Part shown: positions 25,511-35,905 of the stretch, one piece after another
How positions within the stretch are numbered: the stretch's first letter is position 1
Layout of the letters: each line of letters starts with the position of its first letter
From: Bacteroidales bacterium
GTDB lineage: Bacteria > Bacteroidota > Bacteroidia > Bacteroidales > JACABE01
DNA: 64,000 bases
NCBI GenBank assembly: GCA_023251515.1
Contig: JAHEYQ010000001.1
Location: 74,785 to 138,784, forward strand
Direction of reading: 5' to 3'
Notes under the pieces: generated by a model
Databases searched by the model: none
What the model saw: only the letters and a program-made list of their open reading frames with translations
Told to the model about the DNA's origin: nothing
Translations under genes and position numbers: made by a program

Positions 25511-28500
25511 ATGAAAAAACTATTAATGTTTTTATTCGCTATTGTCTTTTCAAGTTTAACTTGGGGGCAAAGCACGGTAAATTATTCGTTTTCCACGAAT
25601 ACAACAGGCTCACTTACTGTTGATGCAAATAGCAATGCTATTGATATGACTTCTGGTATAACAGCACTTGTTGGTGCAAGTTCTGATCAAGGTGTATCAG
25701 CATTAACAAATATCGGTTTTACATTTGCGCTGATGGGTAATACTTATACACAGTTTAGTGCATCTGCAAATGGTATTATGCAATTAGGTTCTGTTGTAGT
25801 AAGTGGATCTACTTATGTTGCAAGTGGAGGTACTACAACTTCACCTAAATTTTCAGCTTGTGGTGCTGATGCAGCTACCTCATCAACTGGCAGCATTACA
25901 AGTAAACTGATTGGAACAGCACCAAATAGATGCTTAGTTGTTCAATGGACTGACATGGCATTGTATTATGGTAATACGACTGCTGATGGAACATTTCAGG
26001 TAAGATTATATGAAACATCAGGCAAGATAGAATTTGTTTATGGTAAAATGATTGTAGGTGCTTCAACCTATACATCTAATTTCTCAACAGGTTTCTCAAC
26101 AAATACTACTGCAAATAATTTAGCTTGTATAACAACATCAACAAACACAGTTAGTACATCAACATTTACTGCAAATGCTTATGCTGCTAATACTGCTGTA
26201 CCTAACTTAAACAGCTCTGCTGACGGTTCTCGTAGAGTTTATACTTTTACCCCACCTCAAACTGCTCCATCTGCACCTGCAATGGCTGCAACTCCTTTTA
26301 CTGCTATTAATTATACAACAATGACTTTGAATTGGGTGGATGTTACAGGTGAAGCTGGCTATGCAATTTATCGTTCTACTGATGGAGTTAATTATACTTT
26401 TGTTACTAATCTAGCTGCAAATACTATTACTTATGCTGCCACTTCATTGGCACCAGGTACAACTTATTCATGGCAAATTTATTCTTTTAATGAAGCAAAA
26501 TTTAGTTCAGCAACTTCTTCAAATCAGGCTACAACTGCTACTGGTAATATTACATCTACTGCAACCGGAGGAAACTGGAATGCAGTTGGAACTTGGGTAG
26601 GTGGTATAGTACCCGGACAATATGACAATGTAACCATTGCCAATGGTGCTACAGTTACTATTAATGCAACTTCATTACAATGCTATAACTTAACTGTTGG
26701 ACAAGGCACATCAGGTGTTTTGCGTTTTGGAACAAATGCAGCTACTTTTACTGTAAATGGAGGTGTAACTGTTGCTGCGGGTGGCACTTTTGAAGCAGGA
26801 GCTCCTGCCGGTGCTTCATTATCCCATATCTTATATATTGGTGGTGCTACTGCAACTTCAAATTTTGCTGCAGGTAGTTTAACTGTTAACGGTATCTTTG
26901 ATATGTATATTGGTTCTACTAATGGAAAAGCAAGTGTAACTTTCTTTGGTTCACAAGATGCAATAATAAGCGGAACTGGTGCAACATGCGATTTTAATAC
27001 AATTACAATAAACAAAGGAGCCGTTACTGCATCTTCTACTGCAACACCTCCATTATTGGATATTCAAAGAACTTTTACTGTTCAGGGTGCTAATACAGTT
27101 GGTTTGGTTACTGCTTTAACAGCTGGTACATTAAAAATAAGTGGTAGTTTTACTTTAGCAACTCCTTTATTTGTAACTGCCGGATACTCAATTCCATCAA
27201 TAAGTGCTTTGTGGTTAAATAATGCTAATTTTACCGCAAGTGCTCAAGCTGGTTCTCCAACTTTAACCGGACTTTTAAAAATGACTGCCGGAACTTTAAA
27301 TATTGGAACAACAACCGGACAATCATTAGGAATGGCAAGTTCTTCTACTGCTATTATTGAAGGAGGAACAATTACAGTTGCTGGTAGATTTAATGTTTCG
27401 TCAAGTTCAAATACAATAACTTATAATCAAAGTGGAGGAATTCTTAACGTTTGTAATGTAGAACATACATCTACGTCTTATAGTTTCGATATGGGAACTT
27501 CTACTAATACTAAATTTACTATGAGTGGAGGAATAATTAACATTATTAGAGGTTCTTCTGCTACAAAAGTTGGCGGATATGATTTTCGTGGAGCTGCAAC
27601 TGGTGCAACCATAAACATTACAGGTGGAATTCTAAATATAGGTAGTTCTGCAACTGTTTCAGGGTGTAATTATAAAATATTAGGAGTTGCTCCTAATACG
27701 ATTGTAGATGCAACAAACAACCCTAATTTAACGCTTGGTGCTGATACTCGAATTTATGGAGATTTTACATTTAACGGAAGTGGAACGTTTTCACTAAGTA
27801 CATTATATAATCTCGATATGAGAGGTATGAATGCTTCTTATCCTGGTAATATTACTAATAATGGTATATTTACTTTAAATGCAAATTCAGGCACTACACA
27901 ATCCTTAACATTTTCAAGTAGTTTTGGTAACCAAACATTTACCAATAATGGTACTATAACTGATTATGTAATACCTAAATTAACCATCAATAATACTTTT
28001 GCTGGTGGAATTGTAACATTACCTGATAATTTAAACTTAACTTATGGTGCTTCAAGCGGAGTAACCTTAATACTTAACCAAGGTATTTTATCTGCAAATA
28101 ACCTGACAATTGGTAGTGCAGGTACAGCTGGTTTTACAGCAACCATTAAAAATGGTTCGTTAGCAAATGTACCAACATTTAATTTTGGCACCGGCACTAT
28201 TAGCTATACCTATAATGGAACTTTAGCACAACAAACAATAGGAGAAGAAATGCCAACTTCTATATATGGTACATTAACTATAAATAATGCTTTAGGTGTT
28301 GTTTTGGGAAAAGCTATTAATATTGATGCGCTTACGTTAACTGGTGGAGAATTAAATACCGGAGGTTTTGATTTAAAAGTAACAGGAACAACTGCTGCCA
28401 AAGTAACAAGAACAAATGGTTATGTTAATGGTGCTTTAATCAGAACATTACCTGCAAATTTGGCAACTGGAACTACTTATGTATTTCCTTTAGCAAAAAC

Positions 28501-31500
28501 TTCATCAACATATCGTCCATTATCATTAGTGAATGCTGTTACTGGCAATAAAGGTATTGTTGAAATTAAAGCTGAAGTTTTTGACGACAATTGCGGAGGA
28601 AATTTTGGAAATAATATGTCATCTATTAATACTGATCGTTATTGGAAAGCTGAGTATTTATCAGGTGGTGATAATGTTACAGGTATAACTGTTCAGTTAA
28701 CAGAAACAGGTATGAATACTACCAGTGGAATTGGTCAATCAGTGGATCAAGGTGGAAATTATGATTTAGTTAGTTTAAATGCGCCTTCAGGTAATACAAT
28801 CACTTCAAGTACAATAACTGGTTTAGGTTATTTTGTAATTGGACAGAAAAGTCTTCCTATGGCTGTAACTTCATCAACTTCAACGCAAACTATAGTTACT
28901 CCTGTATATGCAAATACTATTGATCAACAGATTTTAGGGATTCAAATTGTTACTGCTGGTAATGCCAGTCCAATTTCTGCAACAAGTTTTGACCTTAATA
29001 CAACAGGAACAACAAATTTAAGTGATATAACCAATGCCAAAATATATTACACAGGAACTACAAACACTTTTGCAACAACAAATTTATTTGGAAATGCAAT
29101 ACCAGCAAGTTCATATTCAATTTCAGGTAGTCAAGTGTTGGCAGAAGGAACAAATTATTTCTGGTTGGTTTATGATATATCATCTTCGGCTACTTATGAT
29201 AATTTGATTGATGCAGAATGTACATCTATTACTGTTGAAGGAGCTGCATATACACCTACTGTTACTGCTCCTGCTGGAACTCGCCAGATTAAAGATAGAT
29301 TGGCAGGTACTGTTTACGTTGGTACTGGACAGCAATTTACATCATTAACCGGAGCAGGTGGATTATTCGAAAGAATTAATTTATATGGTTTAAAAGGCAA
29401 TGTGGTTGCAAAAATAACATCAAATACAACAGGAGATGGCGCGAACGCTTTAAATCAATGGGTTGAAGATGTAAACGGAGCTAATTATACCTTAACAATC
29501 GAACCAAATGATGCCAATGTATATACTCTTACCGGAAGTTATGCTGGAGGTTTAATTCGATTAAATGGTGCTGATAGGGTAACTATTGATGGTAGATTTG
29601 GTGGAAGTGGTAATTATTTAACCTTCAATAATACCAGTACTTCAGGTTCTGCGGTATTCCAAATTATTAGTTTAGGTACAGGATTAGGTGCAAATAACAA
29701 TACAATCAGAAATTGTAATATTTTAACAGGTTCAATATCTGCTACTACTTATGGTATTTTTGCTGGTTCAGCTACTTTAGGAACAGCTGCAGATGACAAT
29801 GATAATTTAACAATTACTGAAAATGTAATAAGCAAATGTTATAATGGAATTTATGTTAGTAGCGCTTCTACCGGAGCAGGTGTATTAAATAATTTAACTA
29901 TTAGTAATAATACTATTGGTTCAAATACTGCTACAGATTATGTAATCAATAAAGGTATATTTGTACAAGGTGCCTTAGCTTCTTCAATTGCTCAAAATCA
30001 AATATTTAATATGATTACCTCTACTGGTATTAATAATGCAGCTATTGAACTGGGACAATATGTTAGCGATGCTATTGTCAACAAAAATAAAATTTATAGT
30101 ATTAAATCAACCTCTACATCTGGCTATGGAGCTTATGGAATAAATATTGCTACTGCAACTGGTACATCAAATATTACAATTAGTAATAATGTAATTTATG
30201 ATTTGATTACTTCAAATTATTCAGCTACAAGTACAACCTATAATGCTTTTGGTATCAGAATTACCGGAGGAACAAACCATAAGGTATATTATAATAGTGT
30301 AAATTTATTTGGTGCAGTTTCAGGTGGATCTGCAGCAGGTATGTCTGCAGCATTTTTGGCTACAGCAGGTACAGGGCTTGAGGTTGTTAATAATATTTTC
30401 AATAATTCAACTGCTTTCACTACAGTTGGCGCAAAGACTTATGCAGCTTATGTGGTTACAGGTACTACTTTTACAACTATTAATAATAATGATTATTCTG
30501 CAAGTGGCACCTATGGTATTCTTGGATATTATGGAGCTGCTGATGCAACAACAATAGTTGCGTGGAGAACTGCTTCAACACAAGATGCTAACTCGATAAA
30601 TGTTCAACCTGTATTTATTTCAAATACAGATTTGCATTTAGATAATGCTTTAAATGATGGTATAAATAATAAAGGTGCTGTTATTCCTTTAGTTACTGTT
30701 GACTACGATGGTGTTAGCAGAAATGCTACAAATCCTGATTTAGGAGCATTTGAATTTACACCTCCAAGTTGTATAGGTGCTACTGCAGGAACTGCTTCTG
30801 TAACAGCCTCTACTTTCTGCGGTTCTGGAACTCCGGTTATTACTGCAACTGCTTCATCATTAGGTGGTGAATACCAATGGGAATATTCTAACGATAACTT
30901 CGTTGCTGATATTCATAATGTGCTTGGTCAAATTGACCCTTTTACTTTATCGACTGGTATTGTTTCTACCACAACATATTATCGTTTAAAGGTTTCTTGT
31001 ACAAGTGCTTCAGCAGTTAGTTACTCTAATATTTTGCAAATTACAATAAATCCAAATCCAACAGTTAACGTTACTCCTAATACCGGTTCATATTGCGGAA
31101 CAGGTTCTGTTTCATTAACAACCAGCGGTAATTCTGATACTTATTCTTGGTTACCAGCTACTGGTTTGGATGTTACTACAGGTGCAAATGTTGTTGCTTC
31201 ACCAACTTCTACAAAAACTTATACTGTAAGAGGAACAATTACTGCAACTGGCTGCTATGCTGATGCTACAGCTACAATTACTGTTAAACCAATACCAACC
31301 AACTTAACTGCAACTGCAAGTAATAGTGAAGTTTGTAGTGGTAGTTCATTTAATTTGTTCTCATCTGCTGACAATAATATAACAAATACTTATATTAATC
31401 CTACTGCAGATGGTGGTTTTGAAAATGGAAGTACTTTCGCACTTAACAATTGGACAGTATTAAATGGAACTTATAACCAATGGTTAATAGGTACTGCTGC

Positions 31501-34500
31501 AGGTGCTCAAGATGGTACAAATGCAGCTTATGTTGGAACAGGTTTTGTTGGAACCGCAAATGCAAGTGTAAATCATTTTTACCGTGATGTTGTAATACCT
31601 TCAGGTGCTACAAATATAAGCTTAAAATTCTTCTTAAAAATGCCTATTGTAGATGGTGGTTACGATTATATGAAAGTTTATACGACAACTGCTGCTTATA
31701 CACCTGTTGCCGGAACTACACCTTCTACTGGTTATACTGAAAGATTTACTTATGATGCTCCAGCTTTAAGTTCATTTACATTACAAACAATTAATTTACC
31801 AGATGCATTAGCTGGTACCACTGTTCGTTTGGTATTTACTTTTAAATGTGATGGAGTTACACCTTTTGGAGTTCCTGCTGTTGATAATATTTCTCTTTCA
31901 ACAAGTGTAGCAACAACTAACACATATGCATGGACATCATCACCAGTTGGTTTTACTTCGGCTTTGCAAAATCCTACAGGAATAACACAAAGTGCAAACA
32001 CTACCTATACTGTTACAGCAACAAATGATTATAATTGTACAGCTACAGCTTCAAAAACTGTAAATAATGTAAGTGGTGCTGCAATTTCAACACAACCTAT
32101 TGCTACAGCAAAATGTTCAGGACAAACCGCTTCGTTTACTGTAACTGCAACTGGTCCTAATTTAACTTACCAATGGTATAAAGGTGTAGATGCAATTATT
32201 GTTGCTAATAATGGTTCTGCTAATGCTGCTACTTTGGAATTAGCCAATGTAAGTGACGTAGATGCTGGTAATTATTATGTAGTTGTTAATGCAGCTTGCG
32301 GAACTCCTGTTACAAGTGATGTGGTTTCTTTAACTGTTAATCATTATCCAACAGCTACTGCTTCAAGTAATAGTCCTGTTTGTGACGGTTCAACACTAAA
32401 CTTAACAGGTACAACAGATATTGGAGTAACTTATGAATGGAAAAAATCTGATGTTATAATTAGCACCAATCAAATTCTATTTATTTCATCTGTAACTGCT
32501 GCAAATGCAGGTACTTATTCATTTACAGCTACCAAAAACGGATGTACTTCTATTGCGGGCACTGTTGATGTAATTGTTAATGCTGTTCCAACTGCTGTTA
32601 GTATTACTCCAAATTCAGCAAGCATTGCACAGGGAAGTATTCAATCTTTAGTTGCTTCTGGTGGTACAATTTCAAACGTTTCTATTTTAAATGAAAATTT
32701 TAATGGATTAACAAATTCATGGACAAATACTAATACTTCAACTGGGGGTGCTCCAGCAAATGCAGCATGGACATTAAGAGCAGATGCTTATTCTTATAGT
32801 TCTACTACTATCCATAGTAATGATAATTCTCAGTTCTATATGAGTAATAGTGATGCTCAGGGAAGCGGCGGAACAACAGCTACCACCCTTTGCTCACCAT
32901 CATTCAGTACTTTAGGATTTATCAGTGCAAATATCAGTTTTTATCATTATTACTATCACTATACAGGTTCAACTGCTAAAGTTGAAGTTTCTACTGATGG
33001 AGTTATATGGACAACTTTACAGACATATAATTCAACTGTAGGTACTGCATCATCATTTGTTATAGCTAATGTTTCTCTTACAGCTCCATTTTTAAATCAA
33101 GCAACTGTTTATATGCGTTTTAAATATGATGGTGTTTATGCTTTTTATTGGGCAATAGATAATGTTAGTATTATTGGCGATGGACAAGCAACAACTACTT
33201 GGTCTCCTGCTACAAATTTATTTACTGATGCTTTCGCAACTATACCTTATACTTTAGGCGCAAATGCTACAACAGTATATGCTAAACCAACTGCAAACAG
33301 AGTTTATACAGCTACTGCTACTTCTGGTGCAGGTTGTCAAAGTAATGGTACAGCAACAATTAATATTGGACCAACAAGAACATGGTCAAGTACTGCTACT
33401 TCTACTGATTGGAATGTTGCCGGAAACTGGACAAACGGTATTCCTGCTAACATAGATAACGTTGTTATTCCTGCTACAGCCACTAAGTACCCAACCTTAA
33501 CAGGTGATGTTACAATTAATAATTTAACTATAGAATCAAGTGCAGCAGGTACAGGTTCATTGTTAGATAATAGTCATCTGACTTTAACCGGTACAGCAAC
33601 TGTTAAGCAATATATAGTTGGTAACAAATGGCATATTTTATCTTCTCCAGTTCAAACAGCAACTGCAAATGTTTTCCATTTAGCTGCTGGTCAGGCTGAT
33701 ATTTATATAAGAGAATATAATGCTGGTGCATGGAGTTATATTACAAATTTAACAACACCATTAACAGTTGGTAAGGGTTATTCAATATGGGCTGATATAG
33801 GTTTGCCAGTAGTAAATAAACCAAATCCAACTGTAAGTTTTAATGGTCAGATTAATACTGGAAATGTTACTATTAATATGAATCCATGGTCTGCACCAAA
33901 TACTGGTTGGAATTTTATTGGTAATCCATATACTTCTGCAATTGATTGGTCATTGGTACCTGATAAAGCTACTATATTAAATAATGGTGGAGCTGCATAT
34001 TTCTGGAATCAAAACTTAAATGCAAATGAAGGAGCTTATGCCACACATAATGGAACAATAAGTGTAAATGGAGCAACAAGTATTATTCCTCCAATGCAGG
34101 GCTTCCTTGTTCAGGCTGCTAATACTTCAATTACATTTACAAATGCAAGCAGAGTTCATAATGATAATAATCAGCCAATTTACAAAAGTACTGCATCTAT
34201 TAATGATATGATTAGAATTAAAGCAAAAAGAGGTATTTATACAGATGAAACAGTTATATTGATGAATTCAAATGCAACTAATAACTTTGATGCTTCATTA
34301 GATGCGTTAAAGATGTTTGCAAGCAATAATAATTCTCCTGAAATATATACCATTGCGAATAATAACAATTTGGTTATTAATAATTTTGGTACTTATCCTG
34401 CTGCTATCCCAATGAATATCCGTATGGGTGTTGCTGATAATGTTACTTTAACTGCATCAGAATTTGCTAATTTTGATGCCAATGTAAATATTACATTAGA

Positions 34501-34855
34501 AGATATATTAACAGGAACTAATCAGGATTTACGTCAGAATCCATCTTATACATTTGCAGCATCAATTGGTGAAAATGCCAATCGATTTGTATTGCATTTT
34601 GCAACAGCAAGCGGTATCAATGAACCAAATGCAGGAAATATCAATATATATGCAAACAACAATAACATCTATGTAAATACTACTGAAAAAGTGAAAGAAA
34701 TTAGTGTTTACAATATGTTGGGACAAGTAATTACTAAAATTTCAGGTAATGGAAAATCATTAAATACCATAAGCATGAATAATGCTACCGGAAATTATGT
34801 AGTAAAAGTTACAACAGAAAAAGGTGTACGCACTGAAAAAGTATTTGTAAAATAA
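25511..34855 (+). CDS. Giant (3114 aa) T9SS-sorted surface protein / adhesin-like
   Basis: Signal peptide MKKLLMFLFAIVFSSLTWGQ. An FN3-like module (TLNWVDVTGEAGYAIYRSTDG). Parallel beta-helix repeats (NNTIRNCNI, ITENVISKCYNGIYV, ISNNTIGSN, ISNNVIYD). Ig-like modules (YQWYKG...AGNYYVVV). Two MAM/lectin-like modules ending in DNISL/DNVSI. A C-terminal Por-secretion tail (...GNYVVKVTTEKGVRTEKVFVK). Confidence 0.85.
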   Translation: MKKLLMFLFAIVFSSLTWGQSTVNYSFSTNTTGSLTVDANSNAIDMTSGITALVGASSDQGVSALTNIGFTFALMGNTYTQFSASANGIMQLGSVVVSGSTYVASGGTTTSPKFSACGADAATSSTGSITSKLIGTAPNRCLVVQWTDMALYYGNTTADGTFQVRLYETSGKIEFVYGKMIVGASTYTSNFSTGFSTNTTANNLACITTSTNTVSTSTFTANAYAANTAVPNLNSSADGSRRVYTFTPPQTAPSAPAMAATPFTAINYTTMTLNWVDVTGEAGYAIYRSTDGVNYTFVTNLAANTITYAATSLAPGTTYSWQIYSFNEAKFSSATSSNQATTATGNITSTATGGNWNAVGTWVGGIVPGQYDNVTIANGATVTINATSLQCYNLTVGQGTSGVLRFGTNAATFTVNGGVTVAAGGTFEAGAPAGASLSHILYIGGATATSNFAAGSLTVNGIFDMYIGSTNGKASVTFFGSQDAIISGTGATCDFNTITINKGAVTASSTATPPLLDIQRTFTVQGANTVGLVTALTAGTLKISGSFTLATPLFVTAGYSIPSISALWLNNANFTASAQAGSPTLTGLLKMTAGTLNIGTTTGQSLGMASSSTAIIEGGTITVAGRFNVSSSSNTITYNQSGGILNVCNVEHTSTSYSFDMGTSTNTKFTMSGGIINIIRGSSATKVGGYDFRGAATGATINITGGILNIGSSATVSGCNYKILGVAPNTIVDATNNPNLTLGADTRIYGDFTFNGSGTFSLSTLYNLDMRGMNASYPGNITNNGIFTLNANSGTTQSLTFSSSFGNQTFTNNGTITDYVIPKLTINNTFAGGIVTLPDNLNLTYGASSGVTLILNQGILSANNLTIGSAGTAGFTATIKNGSLANVPTFNFGTGTISYTYNGTLAQQTIGEEMPTSIYGTLTINNALGVVLGKAINIDALTLTGGELNTGGFDLKVTGTTAAKVTRTNGYVNGALIRTLPANLATGTTYVFPLAKTSSTYRPLSLVNAVTGNKGIVEIKAEVFDDNCGGNFGNNMSSINTDRYWKAEYLSGGDNVTGITVQLTETGMNTTSGIGQSVDQGGNYDLVSLNAPSGNTITSSTITGLGYFVIGQKSLPMAVTSSTSTQTIVTPVYANTIDQQILGIQIVTAGNASPISATSFDLNTTGTTNLSDITNAKIYYTGTTNTFATTNLFGNAIPASSYSISGSQVLAEGTNYFWLVYDISSSATYDNLIDAECTSITVEGAAYTPTVTAPAGTRQIKDRLAGTVYVGTGQQFTSLTGAGGLFERINLYGLKGNVVAKITSNTTGDGANALNQWVEDVNGANYTLTIEPNDANVYTLTGSYAGGLIRLNGADRVTIDGRFGGSGNYLTFNNTSTSGSAVFQIISLGTGLGANNNTIRNCNILTGSISATTYGIFAGSATLGTAADDNDNLTITENVISKCYNGIYVSSASTGAGVLNNLTISNNTIGSNTATDYVINKGIFVQGALASSIAQNQIFNMITSTGINNAAIELGQYVSDAIVNKNKIYSIKSTSTSGYGAYGINIATATGTSNITISNNVIYDLITSNYSATSTTYNAFGIRITGGTNHKVYYNSVNLFGAVSGGSAAGMSAAFLATAGTGLEVVNNIFNNSTAFTTVGAKTYAAYVVTGTTFTTINNNDYSASGTYGILGYYGAADATTIVAWRTASTQDANSINVQPVFISNTDLHLDNALNDGINNKGAVIPLVTVDYDGVSRNATNPDLGAFEFTPPSCIGATAGTASVTASTFCGSGTPVITATASSLGGEYQWEYSNDNFVADIHNVLGQIDPFTLSTGIVSTTTYYRLKVSCTSASAVSYSNILQITINPNPTVNVTPNTGSYCGTGSVSLTTSGNSDTYSWLPATGLDVTTGANVVASPTSTKTYTVRGTITATGCYADATATITVKPIPTNLTATASNSEVCSGSSFNLFSSADNNITNTYINPTADGGFENGSTFALNNWTVLNGTYNQWLIGTAAGAQDGTNAAYVGTGFVGTANASVNHFYRDVVIPSGATNISLKFFLKMPIVDGGYDYMKVYTTTAAYTPVAGTTPSTGYTERFTYDAPALSSFTLQTINLPDALAGTTVRLVFTFKCDGVTPFGVPAVDNISLSTSVATTNTYAWTSSPVGFTSALQNPTGITQSANTTYTVTATNDYNCTATASKTVNNVSGAAISTQPIATAKCSGQTASFTVTATGPNLTYQWYKGVDAIIVANNGSANAATLELANVSDVDAGNYYVVVNAACGTPVTSDVVSLTVNHYPTATASSNSPVCDGSTLNLTGTTDIGVTYEWKKSDVIISTNQILFISSVTAANAGTYSFTATKNGCTSIAGTVDVIVNAVPTAVSITPNSASIAQGSIQSLVASGGTISNVSILNENFNGLTNSWTNTNTSTGGAPANAAWTLRADAYSYSSTTIHSNDNSQFYMSNSDAQGSGGTTATTLCSPSFSTLGFISANISFYHYYYHYTGSTAKVEVSTDGVIWTTLQTYNSTVGTASSFVIANVSLTAPFLNQATVYMRFKYDGVYAFYWAIDNVSIIGDGQATTTWSPATNLFTDAFATIPYTLGANATTVYAKPTANRVYTATATSGAGCQSNGTATINIGPTRTWSSTATSTDWNVAGNWTNGIPANIDNVVIPATATKYPTLTGDVTINNLTIESSAAGTGSLLDNSHLTLTGTATVKQYIVGNKWHILSSPVQTATANVFHLAAGQADIYIREYNAGAWSYITNLTTPLTVGKGYSIWADIGLPVVNKPNPTVSFNGQINTGNVTINMNPWSAPNTGWNFIGNPYTSAIDWSLVPDKATILNNGGAAYFWNQNLNANEGAYATHNGTISVNGATSIIPPMQGFLVQAANTSITFTNASRVHNDNNQPIYKSTASINDMIRIKAKRGIYTDETVILMNSNATNNFDASLDALKMFASNNNSPEIYTIANNNNLVINNFGTYPAAIPMNIRMGVADNVTLTASEFANFDANVNITLEDILTGTNQDLRQNPSYTFAASIGENANRFVLHFATASGINEPNAGNINIYANNNNIYVNTTEKVKEISVYNMLGQVITKISGNGKSLNTISMNNATGNYVVKVTTEKGVRTEKVFVK

Positions 34856-34875
34856 TAAAAACCACCTCTCCCTAA

Positions 34876-34894
34876 CCCTCTCCTAAGGAGAGGG
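34876..34894 (+). terminator. GC-rich hairpin CCCTCTCC-TAA-GGAGAGGG after the giant gene
   Basis: Perfect 8-bp stem inside a longer imperfect inverted repeat (34861-34908). There is no clear U-run, so it may be a REP-like element. Confidence 0.45.
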
Positions 34895-34948
34895 AATAGG
34901 GGTGTGGTAAATTAAATATTAATTTTAAAACAATAAATTTTTAAATAT

Positions 34949-35191
34949 ATGAAGAATACAATCAAAAAAATTATCGTAATGTTTTTTCTGATGGTTTCAC
35001 CAATACTAATCAGTAGTGTATTAGCAGATGATCCACCAGCACCCGGTACAGGTGGAGGCGGTGGTTCTCCTGTTGGTGCTCCAGGCGCTGGCCCAGTGGG
35101 TGGTGGTGCTCCGATAGATGGTGGCCTGAGCATTTTGCTTGCTATGGGTGCAATTTATGGTGCTAATAAAGTTTACCAATTAAGAAAATAA
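34949..35191 (+). CDS. Mini-protein: signal peptide + Gly/Pro-rich linker + PEP-CTERM-style C-terminal sorting tail
   Basis: 80 aa: MKNTIKKIIVMFFLMVSPILISSVLA | DDPPAPGTGGGGGSPVGAPGAGPVGGGA | PIDGG-LSILLAMGAIYGANKVY-QLRK. Confidence 0.55.
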   Translation: MKNTIKKIIVMFFLMVSPILISSVLADDPPAPGTGGGGGSPVGAPGAGPVGGGAPIDGGLSILLAMGAIYGANKVYQLRK

Positions 35192-35207
35192 AATTTTTCT
35201 AATACCT

Positions 35208-35247
35208 AAAAACGACCGTTATTGCAATTGCAATAACGGTCGTTTTT
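35208..35247 (+). terminator. Perfect 40-nt palindromic terminator AAAAACGACCGTTATTGCAATTGCAATAACGGTCGTTTTT
   Basis: Checked base by base. The flanking A5/T5 runs make it bidirectional. Confidence 0.7.
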
Positions 35248-35348
35248 ATTTTTATAGGATTAATATTGTAAGAAATTTAGTTTTTAATTCTAATTTTCTT
35301 AATTTTGCATTTAATCAATATTATTTTTAAATCTTAATATTTAAAACA

Positions 35349-35900
35349 ATGGAAAATTCGAAAACAAGTTTTTTAAATTTATCTTTGAAAAATGGTGGAA
35401 TTTTAGGTGGAATTTTTATCTTATTCACCGTAATGGTTTATGTATTAAACATAAATATGTTTAGTATTATGTTTTCTGTAGTTTACTTTATCGTAATCTT
35501 TGGAATAGCTATCTTTTTAATTGTTAAAACAATGAATTCATATCGGGATAAATTTCTTGATGGGAAAATTACTTATTTACAGTGTTTTCTCACAGGTTTT
35601 GTTTTATTGATTGTAGGGATGTATGTTTCGGGAATTTTTAATTATGTTTTGTATGGTTTGATTGACCCTGAATATATGCCCAAGCAAGTTGAAAAGTTTG
35701 CTGAAATGATGCAAAATTACAATATGCCTGCAGATCAACTGGAGAAACAAATTACAAATATGGAAGAAAAAATGAAACCCGTTAAACAACTTATATCTTC
35801 ATTATATACTACTCCAATAGCAGCGGCAGTTATTTCTGCAATCGTTTCAATATTTATTAAAAAGAATCAGGAAAATATTCCTGAAGATATTTTAAGATAA
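35349..35900 (+). CDS. DUF4199-like multi-pass membrane protein
   Basis: 183 aa with 4-5 hydrophobic segments. The size and context next to a GT2 are typical of Bacteroidota DUF4199. Confidence 0.5.
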   Translation: MENSKTSFLNLSLKNGGILGGIFILFTVMVYVLNINMFSIMFSVVYFIVIFGIAIFLIVKTMNSYRDKFLDGKITYLQCFLTGFVLLIVGMYVSGIFNYVLYGLIDPEYMPKQVEKFAEMMQNYNMPADQLEKQITNMEEKMKPVKQLISSLYTTPIAAAVISAIVSIFIKKNQENIPEDILR

Positions 35901-35905
35901 TTTTT

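Noticed and set aside
26683-33455. Antisense and off-frame ORFs inside the giant gene (26683..27015, 28210..28401, 30309..30557, 31750..32001, 33264..33455)
   Set aside because: These are shadow ORFs created by biased T/A/G/N codon usage in a 9.3-kb coding region. Their translations are low-complexity.
34912-35133. Pro/Gly-rich - strand ORF opposite the mini-protein gene
   Set aside because: It is the mirror image of the GGN/CCN-rich linker. The + strand ORF has a coherent signal peptide and C-terminal tail, and the - strand ORF does not.
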